Source: Gemmatimonadota bacterium (GTDB taxonomy: Bacteria; Gemmatimonadota; Gemmatimonadetes; Palauibacterales; KS3-K002). From it: a stretch of DNA of 64,000 nt. The notes beneath the pieces were generated by a model that ran no database searches, was not told where the DNA came from, and saw only the letters and a list, made by a program, of their open reading frames with translations. The DNA lies in contig JBDHJS010000001.1 of assembly GCA_039586795.1 (NCBI GenBank), forward strand, positions 48,507 through 112,506. Direction: 5' to 3'. Position 1 is the stretch's first letter. Each line of letters starts with the position of its first letter. Below are positions 19,088-29,158 of the stretch, piece by piece. The position numbers and the translations under genes were made by a program.

Positions 19088-20260
19088 TCATATGCGGAAC
19101 GGAACCGGAACGAAGCAGAGCAAGAACACGATCGCCGTCGCCAGACCGACATAAGCTCTCTCTCGGTTCAGCCCCTCCCGCGCATCGAACAGCGGCGGAT
19201 GCTGGATCTTGCCGCGACCGACCGCGAAGACCAGCGCCGCCCAGACCCACCATCCGGCCCAGAGGAAGCCCAGCGGAATCAGCGCCAGGAAGAAGGTCCA
19301 GGCCAGCGCCCGCTGTCGTTGGCCCACGACCGCGTAGAGGATGTGCCCACCGTCCAGTTGCGATATGGGGAGCAAGTTCAACGCCGTGACGAACAGCCCC
19401 AGCCAGCCGGCGAAGGCGACGGGATGAAGCTCCAATACCTGGCCGGGCCCAGGGAAACCGAGCAGCGCACGGGTCATCGCGAGGAGAATCGGCGAGCCTC
19501 CCAGCCAGAAGACCTCCGTTCCCGCGAACCGTACCATCAAGAGACCGGGCAGCTCCGCCGTCACGTTGAGCACCCTACTGTGCGCCAGCCCCCACCAGAG
19601 TACGGGTATCGACACGAGGAAGCTCATCAGTGGGCCGGCGACGCCGACATCGAGCAGTTGCCGACGGCTGAGGACCGGCGATCGCAATCGAATGAACGCG
19701 CCCAGGGTTCCGATCACAGAGATGTAGGGCGGAAACGGAATGAAGAACGGAGGGGTCACGCTGATCCGGTAGTGCCGCGCAGCGAAGTAGTGACCGGCTT
19801 CGTGTAAGGCGAGGATACCTACCAGCGTGAGTCCGAACGGGAGGCCGGCCGGCAGCTGACCCAAATCGATGCCCACCGGAACCGGTATCCACCAACCGCC
19901 GAACAGCGTCAGCGCGATGAACTCAACCGGTTGATGGCCCGACAACAGACTCCCGGCTATGACCGTACTGAACAACGTAGCGAGAAAGAGCAGGCTGTGC
20001 AGCCACCAGCGCTCGCGCCGCGGCGCCGCCTGGAAGAGCAGCATTTCGTACCCGAAGGCACCTTTCCGAAAGGCGTGCGAGCCTTGCCAATCGGCAAGCA
20101 CTTCCCGAACCTCTGGCGAACGGGGGTCCAGGCCCGGCAAGAGAGTGCCAGAAACGATTCGACCCTTACGCACGGGCTCGACGCTATAGAAGGCGAGGAT
20201 CCGGGCAAGCTCGGGTAGCACTTGACCCGCTGGTGTAGGGCTGTTAGTATGCGAAGTCAC
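19088..20260 (-). CDS. site-2 protease family zinc metalloprotease (peptidase M50)
   Basis: Polytopic membrane protein with HEAGH (LHEAGHYFAA) zinc motif inside a TM helix. Confidence 0.75.
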   Translation of the reverse strand: MTSHTNSPTPAGQVLPELARILAFYSVEPVRKGRIVSGTLLPGLDPRSPEVREVLADWQGSHAFRKGAFGYEMLLFQAAPRRERWWLHSLLFLATLFSTVIAGSLLSGHQPVEFIALTLFGGWWIPVPVGIDLGQLPAGLPFGLTLVGILALHEAGHYFAARHYRISVTPPFFIPFPPYISVIGTLGAFIRLRSPVLSRRQLLDVGVAGPLMSFLVSIPVLWWGLAHSRVLNVTAELPGLLMVRFAGTEVFWLGGSPILLAMTRALLGFPGPGQVLELHPVAFAGWLGLFVTALNLLPISQLDGGHILYAVVGQRQRALAWTFFLALIPLGFLWAGWWVWAALVFAVGRGKIQHPPLFDAREGLNRERAYVGLATAIVFLLCFVPVPFRI

Positions 20261-20470
20261 CGACCAGCACCCCGCGTCACTGCGCCGCGACCAATTACTC
20301 CAGAAAACAACAGAAAGCAGCTTTCGAGTAGAGCACGTAAATCCGAGGAGTTCAATAAGTTAACCCTCTCCGCCTTTCACGTCTGGCGGTAGGTGATTCC
20401 AAGCCAGGGCCCCTATCAAAAAACGAACTCCCCAGCCTAGAAACTGAACGACCACCACACGAGAAGCATC

Positions 20471-21733
20471 ATGAGTAACTCCCTAGACATAGCCGAGCTT
20501 AAGGCCAAATCGGTACAAGACCTCCATGAGATGGCCGAGGAGCTCAACATCCAGAACTACTCCGGCCTGCGCAAGCAGGACCTGATCTTCCGCATCGAAC
20601 AGAACTTGCTCGACTCCGACGTGATCCTCCGCGCCGAAGGCGTGCTGGAGATTCTGCCGGAGGGCTACGGTTTCCTGCGCAGCCAGGACTGGAACTATCT
20701 GTACGGTCCGGATGACATCTACGTGTCTCCATCACAGATCAAGCGATTCGATCTGCGGACCGGCGATACCGTATTGGGCCAAGTGCGGCCTCCCAAAGAG
20801 GGCGAGCGATACCTGGCGCTGCTCAAGGTGGAGGTCGTCAACGGTGAGGATCCGGAGAAGTCGAAGCATCGGATCAGCTTCGACAATCTGCGGCCCCGTT
20901 ATCCGGAGGAGCGCATCACCCTGGAGCGCAAGAACGGCGACATCGCCAACCGGATCATCGATCTGGTCGCGCCCACCGGGAAGGGTCAGCGCGGCCTCAT
21001 AACCTCGCCGCCGAAGGCCGGTAAGACAATCCTCCTGCAAAAGGTCGCCAATGCGATCACCGAAAACCACCCCGACGTTCACCTCATCGTTCTGCTCATC
21101 GACGAGCGTCCGGAAGAGGTGACGGACATGGAGGAGCACGTCGATGCTGAAGTGATCGCGTCGACGTTCGATGAGCCAGCCGATCGTCACACTCAGGTCG
21201 CCGAGATGGTGATCGAGAAGGCCAAGCGTCTCGTAGAGCACAAGCACGACGTTGTGATTCTGCTCGACTCGATCACTCGATTGGCTCGCGCCTACAACGT
21301 CGTTGTGCCCCACTCGGGTAAGATCCTGTCCGGTGGTGTGGACGCCAACGCGCTTCACAAGCCGAAACGGTTCTTTGGCTCGGCGCGTAACCTGGAAGAG
21401 GGCGGCAGTCTGACGATCATCGCGACGGCGCTCATCGAGACCGGTTCCCGAATGGACGAGGTGATCTTCGAGGAATTCAAAGGCACCGGCAACATGGAGA
21501 TTGTCCTCGATCGACATATCGCCGACAAGCGCATCTTCCCCGCAATCGACATTAACCGATCCGGAACGCGCCGCGAAGAATTGCTGCTCGACGAGAAGAC
21601 TCTCAACCGGATGTACCTGCTCAGAAACTTCCTCGCCGATATGCCGCCGGCGGAGTCGATCGAGTTCTTGATTCAGAGGATGAAGCGGGCGGAGAATAAT
21701 GACGAGTTCTTGGATTCGATGCAGGAAGGGTGA
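20471..21733 (+). CDS. rho: transcription termination factor Rho
   Basis: Full-length (420 aa) match to the Rho architecture: N-terminal RNA-binding OB domain, P-loop [16 protein letters not shown] and R loops. Confidence 0.95.
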   Translation: MSNSLDIAELKAKSVQDLHEMAEELNIQNYSGLRKQDLIFRIEQNLLDSDVILRAEGVLEILPEGYGFLRSQDWNYLYGPDDIYVSPSQIKRFDLRTGDTVLGQVRPPKEGERYLALLKVEVVNGEDPEKSKHRISFDNLRPRYPEERITLERKNGDIANRIIDLVAPTGKGQRGLITSPPKAGKTILLQKVANAITENHPDVHLIVLLIDERPEEVTDMEEHVDAEVIASTFDEPADRHTQVAEMVIEKAKRLVEHKHDVVILLDSITRLARAYNVVVPHSGKILSGGVDANALHKPKRFFGSARNLEEGGSLTIIATALIETGSRMDEVIFEEFKGTGNMEIVLDRHIADKRIFPAIDINRSGTRREELLLDEKTLNRMYLLRNFLADMPPAESIEFLIQRMKRAENNDEFLDSMQEG

Positions 21734-21736
21734 TTG

Positions 21737-21776
21737 GGCGTAGGGGGTTGAGGGTAGAGAGTAGAGGGTAGGAGGC
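21737..21776 (+). repeat. left arm of ~40-bp inverted repeat (GGGCGTAGGGGGTTGAGGGTAGAGAGTAGAGGGTAGG), a GTAG-repeat element 3' of rho
   Basis: Starts 4 nt after the rho stop; reverse complement matches 21846-21881 with few mismatches. Confidence 0.55.
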
Positions 21777-21803
21777 GGACGCGCAGCTGACAGTCAAAGA
21801 ACA

Positions 21804-21852
21804 GAAACGGCCGGACGTGCTTGCCGCGCGCCGGCCGTCTTCTTTCCCCCTA
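21804..21852. terminator. bidirectional rho-independent terminator candidate between convergent rho and PRT genes
   Basis: GC-rich hairpin (AAACGGCCGG...CCGGCCGT) followed by TCTTCTTTCCCCC on the plus strand and preceded by GAAACAGAAAC (T-run on the minus strand). Confidence 0.5.
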
Positions 21853-21881
21853 CTCCCTACCCTTCACCCCCTACGCCCTAC
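21846..21881 (-). repeat. right arm of inverted repeat; GTAG-repeat element 3' of the phosphoribosyltransferase gene
   Basis: CCCCCTACTCCCTACCCTTCACCCCCTACGCCC is the reverse complement of the 21737-21776 arm; abuts the stop codon at 21878. Confidence 0.55.
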
Positions 21882-22426
21882 GCGTCACCACTCTCCCCAA
21901 GCAAATCTTCATACTCCGGATTAACCACCAGCCGTCCCGACTCACTCTCAACCACCTCCCTATCCCAGGGGAAGACAACAATGCCGTCCGTGGCAAGGGC
22001 GAAGTAATCGGGCTGGTAGCCGCCTTCGCGGACCAGAGACGTGGCGGTGCGCACCTCCGTGGGCCCGACGTCGCGTACGGCGGCGAGGGCGAGGCGCATC
22101 GTGTCGCCGCTGTCACAGATTTCATCGACGAGTAGCACATTGCGGCCCGCCAGTTGCGGCGGTGCGACGGACAACACCTCCGGGCGCTGAAGCGAGCCAT
22201 CGTCGTCCTCGCGGCGGGTGATCTTTATGGCGTAGAACGGCTTCTGAAGCATGGCGGCAACGACAGCGCCGGGGATCACGCCGGCGGCGGCGATCCCGAC
22301 AACGACATCGGGCTCGAAATCGCGAGCCACGGTAATCCCGAGAACGCGGCAGAGCTCGCCGAACAACTCCCAAGAAAGCTCCAGAACGCCATCGCCGTGC
22401 AGGTCGGTGAAATCGAGTTCGGCCAC
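21878..22426 (-). CDS. phosphoribosyltransferase-family protein (PRPP-binding, HGPRT/XPRT-like)
   Basis: PRPP-binding loop VLLVDEICDSGDTM. Confidence 0.65.
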   Translation of the reverse strand: MAELDFTDLHGDGVLELSWELFGELCRVLGITVARDFEPDVVVGIAAAGVIPGAVVAAMLQKPFYAIKITRREDDDGSLQRPEVLSVAPPQLAGRNVLLVDEICDSGDTMRLALAAVRDVGPTEVRTATSLVREGGYQPDYFALATDGIVVFPWDREVVESESGRLVVNPEYEDLLGESGDA

Positions 22427-22594
22427 GCTCGCTCCTATTGTTAGAATGAAGTCGAAGATTGCCGGTTTGTAAGAGGCCAGTCAACAGATACGAAATACCC
22501 TCCCCCTGTTGGAGCGCTCGAGCATCCACTATTTTGCAGGTGTCTTCGGTGTCTCTTCGCGACACGATCTTGTAGGGGACGGGAGAGTGGTGTT

Positions 22595-25057
22595 GTGACC
22601 AAGATCGCCAGCGCTCGACGCGAGCGCATCCTGAATCGATTCCTTGAAGAAGAGCTGCGCGAGTCGTTCATCGACTATTCGATGAGCGTGATCGTGCAAC
22701 GGGCGTTGCCAGACGCGCGCGATGGGCTTAAGCCGGTTCAACGGCGCATCCTCTACGCGATGCACGAGCTGGGGCTTGCGCCCGAGAAGGGCCACAAGAA
22801 GTGCGCGACCGTCGTTGGTGACGTGCTGGGCAAGTACCACCCGCACGGCGATGCGGCGGTATACGAGACGTTAGTGCGGATGGCGCAGCCGTTCTCGATG
22901 CGCTACATGCCGGTCGACGGCCAGGGGAACTTTGGCTCGATCGACGGCGATCCGGCGGCCGCTTATCGCTATACCGAGGCGCGGTTGGCGCCGATCGCCA
23001 CCGACCTGCTCCGCGATCTCGAAAAAGACACCGTCTCCTTCAAGCCGAATTACGACGGGCGCCTCAAAGAGCCCGAAGTGTTGCCGGCGGGCTTTCCGCA
23101 GCTCCTGGTTTGCGGAACCGACGGGATCGCGGTTGGCATGGCGACAAAGATACCGCCGCACAACCTGGGCGAGATCGCCGAAGCGGCGGCGCAGATCCTG
23201 GGGCGACCCAACACATCGATGAACAAGCTGCTCGAGATCGTGAAGGGTCCTGACTTCCCGACCGGCGCCTATATCTGGGGCCGCGAAGGGATCGAGGGTG
23301 CGTATCGGACGGGCCGCGGCCGAATCATCATGCGGGCCCGCGCTCACGTCGAGCAGGGCGCCTACGGCAAACCATCACTGGTGATCACGGAGCTGCCGTA
23401 TCAGGTGAGCAAGCAGCGCGTGATCGAGAACATCGCTGACCTGGTCCGTAAAGGCACGCTGCAAGGCGTTACCGATCTGCGCGACGAAAGCGATCGGGAC
23501 GGCGTGCGAGTGGTGTTGGAGCTGAAGCGCGACGCACAACCGAGGAAGCTGTTGGAGAAGCTCTTCACCAAGACACAACTCCAGTACACCTACGGCGTGA
23601 TCGCCCTCGCCCTGGTGAACGGTGTACCGACCCAGCTCAACTTGAAAGAAGCGCTAGAAGTCTGGATCGATCATCGTCTCGACGTAATCGTGCGCCGTTC
23701 CCGCTACAACCTGGCGAAAGCCGAGGAGCGCGCCCACATAGTCGCCGGTTTGTTGATCGCTCTCGATGACATCGACGAGGTCGTGCAGATCATCAAGTCG
23801 AGCCGCACGCCGGAGACGGCAGCGAAGAACCTGCGTTCGGCACTCAAAATCACAGCGCGTCAGGCGGCGGCCATTCTGGCGATGCGATTGAGCCAACTGA
23901 CAAATCTGGAAAGCCGCAAGCTCAAGGAAGAGCTGGCGCAACTGGAGAAGCGGATCAAAACCCTGAAAGCGCTGCTGGCCGATGAGAAGAAACGTCGCGA
24001 CCTGGTGCGCAGGGAGCTGTTGACGATCGCCGAGCGCTACGGCGACGCGCGGCGAACGGAGATACTGGAGGACGGCGGTCGTTTTCCACTGCCCAGCGGC
24101 GGCGCGGAGCAGGAAATGCACGTCTTCCTCACCCATCACGGGTACATCAAAGCGCTTCCGGCGCGGAGCGCCGACAACGACGGCGGCAGAGCCGCCGCGG
24201 AGAGCCTGGAAGCGGGTCGCAAGGATTTCGTGACCCGGCTGTGGCTCTGCAAATCGGATGAGCAACTTCTGGCGTTCACGCGCGATGGTAACGTGTACGC
24301 GTCGAAGATCGGCGATTTGCCGCAAGGTACGCGATCGTCTCGGGGCCAGAAGCTAGTGGACGTGCTGGATCTCGATGAGGAGATCGCCGCCGTCCACACG
24401 GTTCGTGATTTCGCCGCCGATCGTTACGCGGTGTTCGCGACGCGAAAGGGTCGGGTGAAACGGACGGCGCTTTCCGAGTACAAGAACATCCGGAGCGGCG
24501 GGATCATCGCCACCGGTCTAGAGAAGAAGGACGAAGTCTACGACGTCTGCATCGCCGGCGGCGGCGATCAGATCGTGATGGCCACCGTCAAAGGACAGAT
24601 GATCCGCTTCGAGGAATCAGCGATCCGGCCGATGGGTCGCTCAGCTTCTGGTGTGAAGGGGATCGAGCTGGCGAAAGGCGACAGCGTGGCGGCGATCGTC
24701 GTCCCGCGACCCGGCTCCGCCACCATAGGCGCGACCGCCGGAGGCTACGCTCGCATACTCGGACACGACGAACCCCGCGTCCAGGCCCGGGGAGGCAAGG
24801 GCGTGTTGTTCCTGCCCTCCCGCATCAAATCCGGCCCAGTCATCGGCATGCTCGACCTCTTGCCCGACGACATCGTGGTTGCCATCACCGTCTCCGGCGA
24901 CGTGATCGCCATCGACCATCACGGTGGTAATGGCGGCCAGCCCGGGAAGCCGGTGCTGCTGCCGCTGCGCGGTCGCAAACTGACCGGAATAGCCCGGGCG
25001 CCCATCTGGCGGTCGGCGCCGACTTCTGGCATCGTGCAGATGAGCCTGCAGATTTAG
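22595..25057 (+). CDS. gyrA: DNA gyrase subunit A
   Basis: GTG start with GGGAGAG RBS; catalytic Tyr motif AAAYRYTE; C-terminal beta-pinwheel with GyrA box QARGGKG; 820 aa. Confidence 0.95.
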   Translation: MTKIASARRERILNRFLEEELRESFIDYSMSVIVQRALPDARDGLKPVQRRILYAMHELGLAPEKGHKKCATVVGDVLGKYHPHGDAAVYETLVRMAQPFSMRYMPVDGQGNFGSIDGDPAAAYRYTEARLAPIATDLLRDLEKDTVSFKPNYDGRLKEPEVLPAGFPQLLVCGTDGIAVGMATKIPPHNLGEIAEAAAQILGRPNTSMNKLLEIVKGPDFPTGAYIWGREGIEGAYRTGRGRIIMRARAHVEQGAYGKPSLVITELPYQVSKQRVIENIADLVRKGTLQGVTDLRDESDRDGVRVVLELKRDAQPRKLLEKLFTKTQLQYTYGVIALALVNGVPTQLNLKEALEVWIDHRLDVIVRRSRYNLAKAEERAHIVAGLLIALDDIDEVVQIIKSSRTPETAAKNLRSALKITARQAAAILAMRLSQLTNLESRKLKEELAQLEKRIKTLKALLADEKKRRDLVRRELLTIAERYGDARRTEILEDGGRFPLPSGGAEQEMHVFLTHHGYIKALPARSADNDGGRAAAESLEAGRKDFVTRLWLCKSDEQLLAFTRDGNVYASKIGDLPQGTRSSRGQKLVDVLDLDEEIAAVHTVRDFAADRYAVFATRKGRVKRTALSEYKNIRSGGIIATGLEKKDEVYDVCIAGGGDQIVMATVKGQMIRFEESAIRPMGRSASGVKGIELAKGDSVAAIVVPRPGSATIGATAGGYARILGHDEPRVQARGGKGVLFLPSRIKSGPVIGMLDLLPDDIVVAITVSGDVIAIDHHGGNGGQPGKPVLLPLRGRKLTGIARAPIWRSAPTSGIVQMSLQI

Positions 25058-25097
25058 ATCGGGCAACAAGCACGCGAACAGATCGGAGATCCAGCTG

Positions 25098-25886
25098 ATG
25101 AGGAGAGCTCCGCAGCTCCTGCTGACCTTTTGCGCCCTGGCCATGATAGGATGCGCCACACCGGAGCCCGAGGGGACCGCACTGGCCTGGCATGATTCGG
25201 TGATGGTAGCGATGGGTGGCAAGAAGGCGTGGGAGCGAACCCGCTTCCTACAGTTCCGCTGGAACGTGATCAGAGATGGTCGAGTCGTTTCCCAACGCAT
25301 GCACTACTGGGACTTGTGGGACGGCCGCTATCGCCTGGAGACCACCTTCCAGACGGGCACGGGGCCGCAGCACGGCGGCGGCCAATCGCTAGTCGTCTAT
25401 TTCGATGTGAACACCCGAGAGGGTCAGGCCTTCATAGGCGGAATGCAGTTCGGCGGAGCCATGGGCGACACGCTGGTGAAGCGGGCCCACGCCTGGTTCG
25501 TCAACGACAGCTTCTGGCTACTGATGCCCTACAAATGGAGGGACCCGGGTGTGCTTCCGGAGTACTTGGGTAACGAAACCAACGAGCACGGCGACTGGGA
25601 AGTCGTACACCTTTCGTTCGATGAGGTCGGGCTGACACCGGGTGATCAGTACTGGGTCTACATCGACGCCGAATCGCCGCACCTGGTTCGCATGTGGCGG
25701 TACCATCTACAAGGACGCGATGACAAAGGCCCGTTCATTCGTTGGCAGAACTGGCAACAGTTCGGCGACATCCTGCTAGCGACACGGCGCGAGTCGGTGG
25801 ACGGCGGTCTCGTGATCGAGTTTTCGGACATCAAGGCGGAACGCAGCGTGGATCCAAGCGTGTTCACGCCGCCGACAACCAACTGA
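25098..25886 (+). CDS. hypothetical lipoprotein
   Basis: Lipobox LAMIGC; Trp-rich beta-type sequence; no recognisable catalytic motif. Confidence 0.5.
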   Translation: MRRAPQLLLTFCALAMIGCATPEPEGTALAWHDSVMVAMGGKKAWERTRFLQFRWNVIRDGRVVSQRMHYWDLWDGRYRLETTFQTGTGPQHGGGQSLVVYFDVNTREGQAFIGGMQFGGAMGDTLVKRAHAWFVNDSFWLLMPYKWRDPGVLPEYLGNETNEHGDWEVVHLSFDEVGLTPGDQYWVYIDAESPHLVRMWRYHLQGRDDKGPFIRWQNWQQFGDILLATRRESVDGGLVIEFSDIKAERSVDPSVFTPPTTN

Positions 25887-25893
25887 GGTACCG

Positions 25894-26847
25894 ATGCAGT
25901 ATCGACCATTGGGCAGGTCAGGAATCAAGGTCAGCACGATATCGTTGGGTAGCTGGCTCACGTTCGGGCACAAGACGGACGAGTCGGCGACGGTGAAGTG
26001 CGTGCAGCGTGCGTTCGACCTGGGGATCAACCTGTTCGACACCGCCAACGTGTACGCCGCGGGCCGCGCCGAGGAAGTGCTGGGTGCGGCGCTGGCTCCG
26101 CTTCCCCGCCACGAGTACGTGCTCGCCACCAAGGCCTACTTCCCCGTCGGGCCCGGTCCGAACGATCGGGGGTTATCGCGCAAGCACATCTTCGAGCAGG
26201 TGCACATGAGCCTGAGGCGGCTCGGCACCGATTACGTCGACCTGTTCCAGTGCCACCGCTACGACGACGAGACGCCGCTGGACGAGACGCTCCGAGCCAT
26301 CGACGACCTGATCACGCAAGGCGAGGTACTGTACGGTGGGGTGAGCATGTGGTCAGCGGAGAACATCGGCGCAGCCGTCAAACTGGGCAACGACCTCGGG
26401 CTCCGCCGCCTGATCTCGGACCAGCCCCAATACCACATGTTTCAGCCCGAAATCGAAACAAACGGCGTACTGGACGTGTGCGCCCGTGAAGGACTGGGCC
26501 TGATCGTTTACTCGCCACTGGCCAGAGGGTTACTGACCGGGAAGTACTCGTCGATCGCGGATGTACCTGACGACTCCCGCGCTGCTGACGAGATCGGGAA
26601 GACGTTCATGGGCCCCTGGTTCAGCGACGATGGGCTCCGGAAAGTCGAACGACTCAAGAGTATTGCCGACGGAGCGGGCATCACGTTGACCGAGATGGCC
26701 CTGGCCTGGTGCCTGCGACTGCCGGAGATCACATCGGCGATCATCGGCGCATCGAAGATCTCGCACGTTGAAGAGAACGCGGCCGCGTCAGGGATAGTGT
26801 TGTCCGAGGACGTGCTGGCAGCGATCGACGACGTGCTGACCGGGTGA
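25894..26847 (+). CDS. aldo/keto reductase (Kv-beta-like)
   Basis: MQYRPLGRSGIKVSTISLGSW...INLFDTANVYAAGRAEEVLG AKR signature; 317 aa. Confidence 0.85.
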   Translation: MQYRPLGRSGIKVSTISLGSWLTFGHKTDESATVKCVQRAFDLGINLFDTANVYAAGRAEEVLGAALAPLPRHEYVLATKAYFPVGPGPNDRGLSRKHIFEQVHMSLRRLGTDYVDLFQCHRYDDETPLDETLRAIDDLITQGEVLYGGVSMWSAENIGAAVKLGNDLGLRRLISDQPQYHMFQPEIETNGVLDVCAREGLGLIVYSPLARGLLTGKYSSIADVPDDSRAADEIGKTFMGPWFSDDGLRKVERLKSIADGAGITLTEMALAWCLRLPEITSAIIGASKISHVEENAAASGIVLSEDVLAAIDDVLTG

Positions 26848-26851
26848 CGGC

Positions 26852-27346
26852 TTACTCAGCTCCCCCAATCGAGGTTCCCTTACTCCTCTCAATCGACTGT
26901 AGGGCAAGGTACCCGTCCCCGTACTTCTGAATGTTCTCCACTTCGTTCGTGAACTGGTCGTGGTGGCGCTCCTCGTCGGCGACCATGTCCTCGAATAGGC
27001 GCTTGGTTGCGGAGTCCGCGTTGGCGCCGCACTCGTTGGCCCACTCGTTGTATTCTCTGGCGCTCTGCGACTCCATCGCGGCGGCCTTCTCGAGCATCTT
27101 CTTCACATCGTGAGTTTTCTCTACTTCCTCGGAGGCCTTCATCTCCACTTCGCCACCCAGGAACAGGATGCGCTCCGCCGCCCTCTCGATGTGGATCATC
27201 TCCTCGATCGCCGTCCGCCTGAACAGGCCGGCGATGAGATCGTATCCCTGATCGTCACAGTGGAAATGGAAGTACATATAGTAATGTACGGCTGACAGCT
27301 CCTCGGCGACCGTCTTGTTAAGTAGCGCGATGCTCCCCTCATGCAT
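26852..27346 (-). CDS. bfr: bacterioferritin
   Basis: Ferritin-like four-helix bundle; EExxH di-iron motifs (EEMIHIERAAERILFLGGEV, EERHHDQF); length 164 aa. Confidence 0.8.
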   Translation of the reverse strand: MHEGSIALLNKTVAEELSAVHYYMYFHFHCDDQGYDLIAGLFRRTAIEEMIHIERAAERILFLGGEVEMKASEEVEKTHDVKKMLEKAAAMESQSAREYNEWANECGANADSATKRLFEDMVADEERHHDQFTNEVENIQKYGDGYLALQSIERSKGTSIGGAE

Positions 27347-27377
27347 CTCGGGACTCCCTCCAATGAACCGGGGCTAT

Positions 27378-27698
27378 CTATCGGGGCACGAGTTCCACGA
27401 ACACTTCCATGACCCCACCGCACACGGCGGGGCTAAATGACAGGTAGTCGTCTGTGAGATCTACGCGAACCAATTTGGGCGCGCCAGTGGCGATCACTTC
27501 CTGCGCCGCGGCCAAAACCTCCGCTTCGCCGCAGCCGCCGCCGATCGTTCCGATCAGAGTGCCGTCCCCTCCGATGAGCATCTTGCTGCCGGTATCCCGC
27601 GGTGTCGAACCTTTCACGCGGACGACTGTCGCCAGAGCGACGTTTCGGTCGGTTTCGGTCCCGGCTATGAGCGCTTCATAGATCTCGCGATCATCCAT
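27378..27698 (-). CDS. XdhC/CoxI-family N-terminal domain protein (stand-alone)
   Basis: Matches the XdhC_CoxI N-domain (ATVVRVKGSTPRDTGSKMLIGGDGTLIGTIGGGCGE) but lacks the Rossmann C-domain. Confidence 0.65.
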   Translation of the reverse strand: MDDREIYEALIAGTETDRNVALATVVRVKGSTPRDTGSKMLIGGDGTLIGTIGGGCGEAEVLAAAQEVIATGAPKLVRVDLTDDYLSFSPAVCGGVMEVFVELVPR

Positions 27699-27713
27699 GT
27701 ATCAATAGACCCC

Positions 27714-28526
27714 TCAGAGCTTGCGTTTCACCTTCTCGATCACTCGTTCTTCCCGGCTAAGTTGTCCGCCGGAACCGCCGCGCCTTACGGCCACTAGTTC
27801 AGCAGCGATGGCCAGCGCGATCTCTTCCGGCGTCTCAGCCGCGATGTCGAGACCGATCGGCGCGTGCACGCTCTCGAGGCGCGCCGGATCCACACCGTCG
27901 CCGACCAGGGCCTCGAACGCCGCGCGGACCCGTCGGCGGCTGCCGATCATGCCCAGGTACGCGGGCTCCGCTTTCATCCGTAGCAGTTCGAGTATGCAAT
28001 CGTAGTCGTACTTGTGCCCGCGAGTCACCAGAACAACGTAGCTATTTTCGCTGACGCTCAGGTCGACGAACGGCTCGCCGAAATCGATGAGCACGACTTT
28101 GGTCGCCTCGGGAAAGTGCTGTCGATCGGCATACTCAGGGCGATCATCGGCTACCGTCACCCGAAAACCGAGCAAAGCGCCGAGGCGACAGAGCGGCCGC
28201 GCGATGTGACCGGCGCCGATAATCAGTAGATCGGGGACGGCCAGCTGCGGCTCGACGTAGAGCTGCCAGGCGCCGCCTTCCATCTCGAGTTCGTGGAGTC
28301 CGCGCTCTCCGTTTGCCAGTGCATCACGGGCGAGGGCTGTCGCTCGCTCATCAGGCTCGGGCGCGCCAAGTCCGCCGTCAACGGACTGTGCGGTGACAAG
28401 GATTCGTCGGCCCACGGCGCCGGCAACTGGAGCGCTCACAACCGTGACCACGACCATCGGCTCACCCCCTTCCTGAGCCGCAAGCGCCCGGCGGGCCGCG
28501 TCTACGGCACTGACGTGTTCGCTCAC
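27714..28526 (-). CDS. xdhC: XdhC-family molybdenum cofactor insertion/maturation factor
   Basis: N-domain plus Rossmann-like C-domain (LLIIGAGHIARPLCRLGALLGFRVTVADDRPE). Confidence 0.75.
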   Translation of the reverse strand: MSEHVSAVDAARRALAAQEGGEPMVVVTVVSAPVAGAVGRRILVTAQSVDGGLGAPEPDERATALARDALANGERGLHELEMEGGAWQLYVEPQLAVPDLLIIGAGHIARPLCRLGALLGFRVTVADDRPEYADRQHFPEATKVVLIDFGEPFVDLSVSENSYVVLVTRGHKYDYDCILELLRMKAEPAYLGMIGSRRRVRAAFEALVGDGVDPARLESVHAPIGLDIAAETPEEIALAIAAELVAVRRGGSGGQLSREERVIEKVKRKL

Positions 28527-29110
28527 TAGCGATCCCTCACATAGCGGTCGTAGTCGTCGGGTGTGTCCACGTCGGCAAGTACACCTGGATCGTCGATCTC
28601 GACGCCCACCGATCGGTCCGCATGGCGGCGAACCACGGTCCGAGCGCCTTCCGGAAGATCCTCGTCGAGCAGCTCGCTGAACAGCGAGGCGTCGAAAATG
28701 ACCGGGTGGCCGTGGCGTCCCTGATGGACGGGCCTGACGATGGGCGCGCCGCCTGTCTCAAATGCCTGGATCAACGCCGTCACGGTTGCGGGCCGGACAA
28801 GCGGGTGATCGACCGGGAGGACGACGGCAGCCGCGGCGGTCTCATCCACCGCTCTCAGCCCGGCACGCAAAGAGTCGATCTGCTGGGTGCCGGAGCCTCC
28901 GCCCCAGGTGGTATGTGCGGAGCCCTCAGGAACCAGTCCGGCAATCGCCGGCTCGTCCGGGTTGAGCACGACGACCACCTGCGCGCACCCTCCTTCGACC
29001 AGCGTGCGCACAGCGCGCTGCAAGAAAGTCTCGTTGTCTACAGGCAGCGATGCCTTCGGCCGGCCCATACGCTCCGAGCGGCCGCCGGTCAGGATGATAC
29101 CGACGATCAT
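28526..29110 (-). CDS. molybdenum cofactor nucleotidyltransferase (MocA/MobA-like)
   Basis: ILTGGRSERMGRPKA nucleotide-binding motif; start overlaps the xdhC stop. Confidence 0.7.
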   Translation of the reverse strand: MIVGIILTGGRSERMGRPKASLPVDNETFLQRAVRTLVEGGCAQVVVVLNPDEPAIAGLVPEGSAHTTWGGGSGTQQIDSLRAGLRAVDETAAAAVVLPVDHPLVRPATVTALIQAFETGGAPIVRPVHQGRHGHPVIFDASLFSELLDEDLPEGARTVVRRHADRSVGVEIDDPGVLADVDTPDDYDRYVRDR

Positions 29111-29158
29111 ACGTTGAAGATGAGACGCTGGGGGTGCAGCGTCAAAAGCCGAGACCCG

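Noticed and set aside
21731-21885. Possible CRISPR-like or tandem-repeat array from CTACC/GGTAG units
   Set aside because: The units are 5-7 nt, irregular, lack spacers and come as an inverted pair; this is not a CRISPR architecture. Kept as a 3'-UTR repeat element instead.
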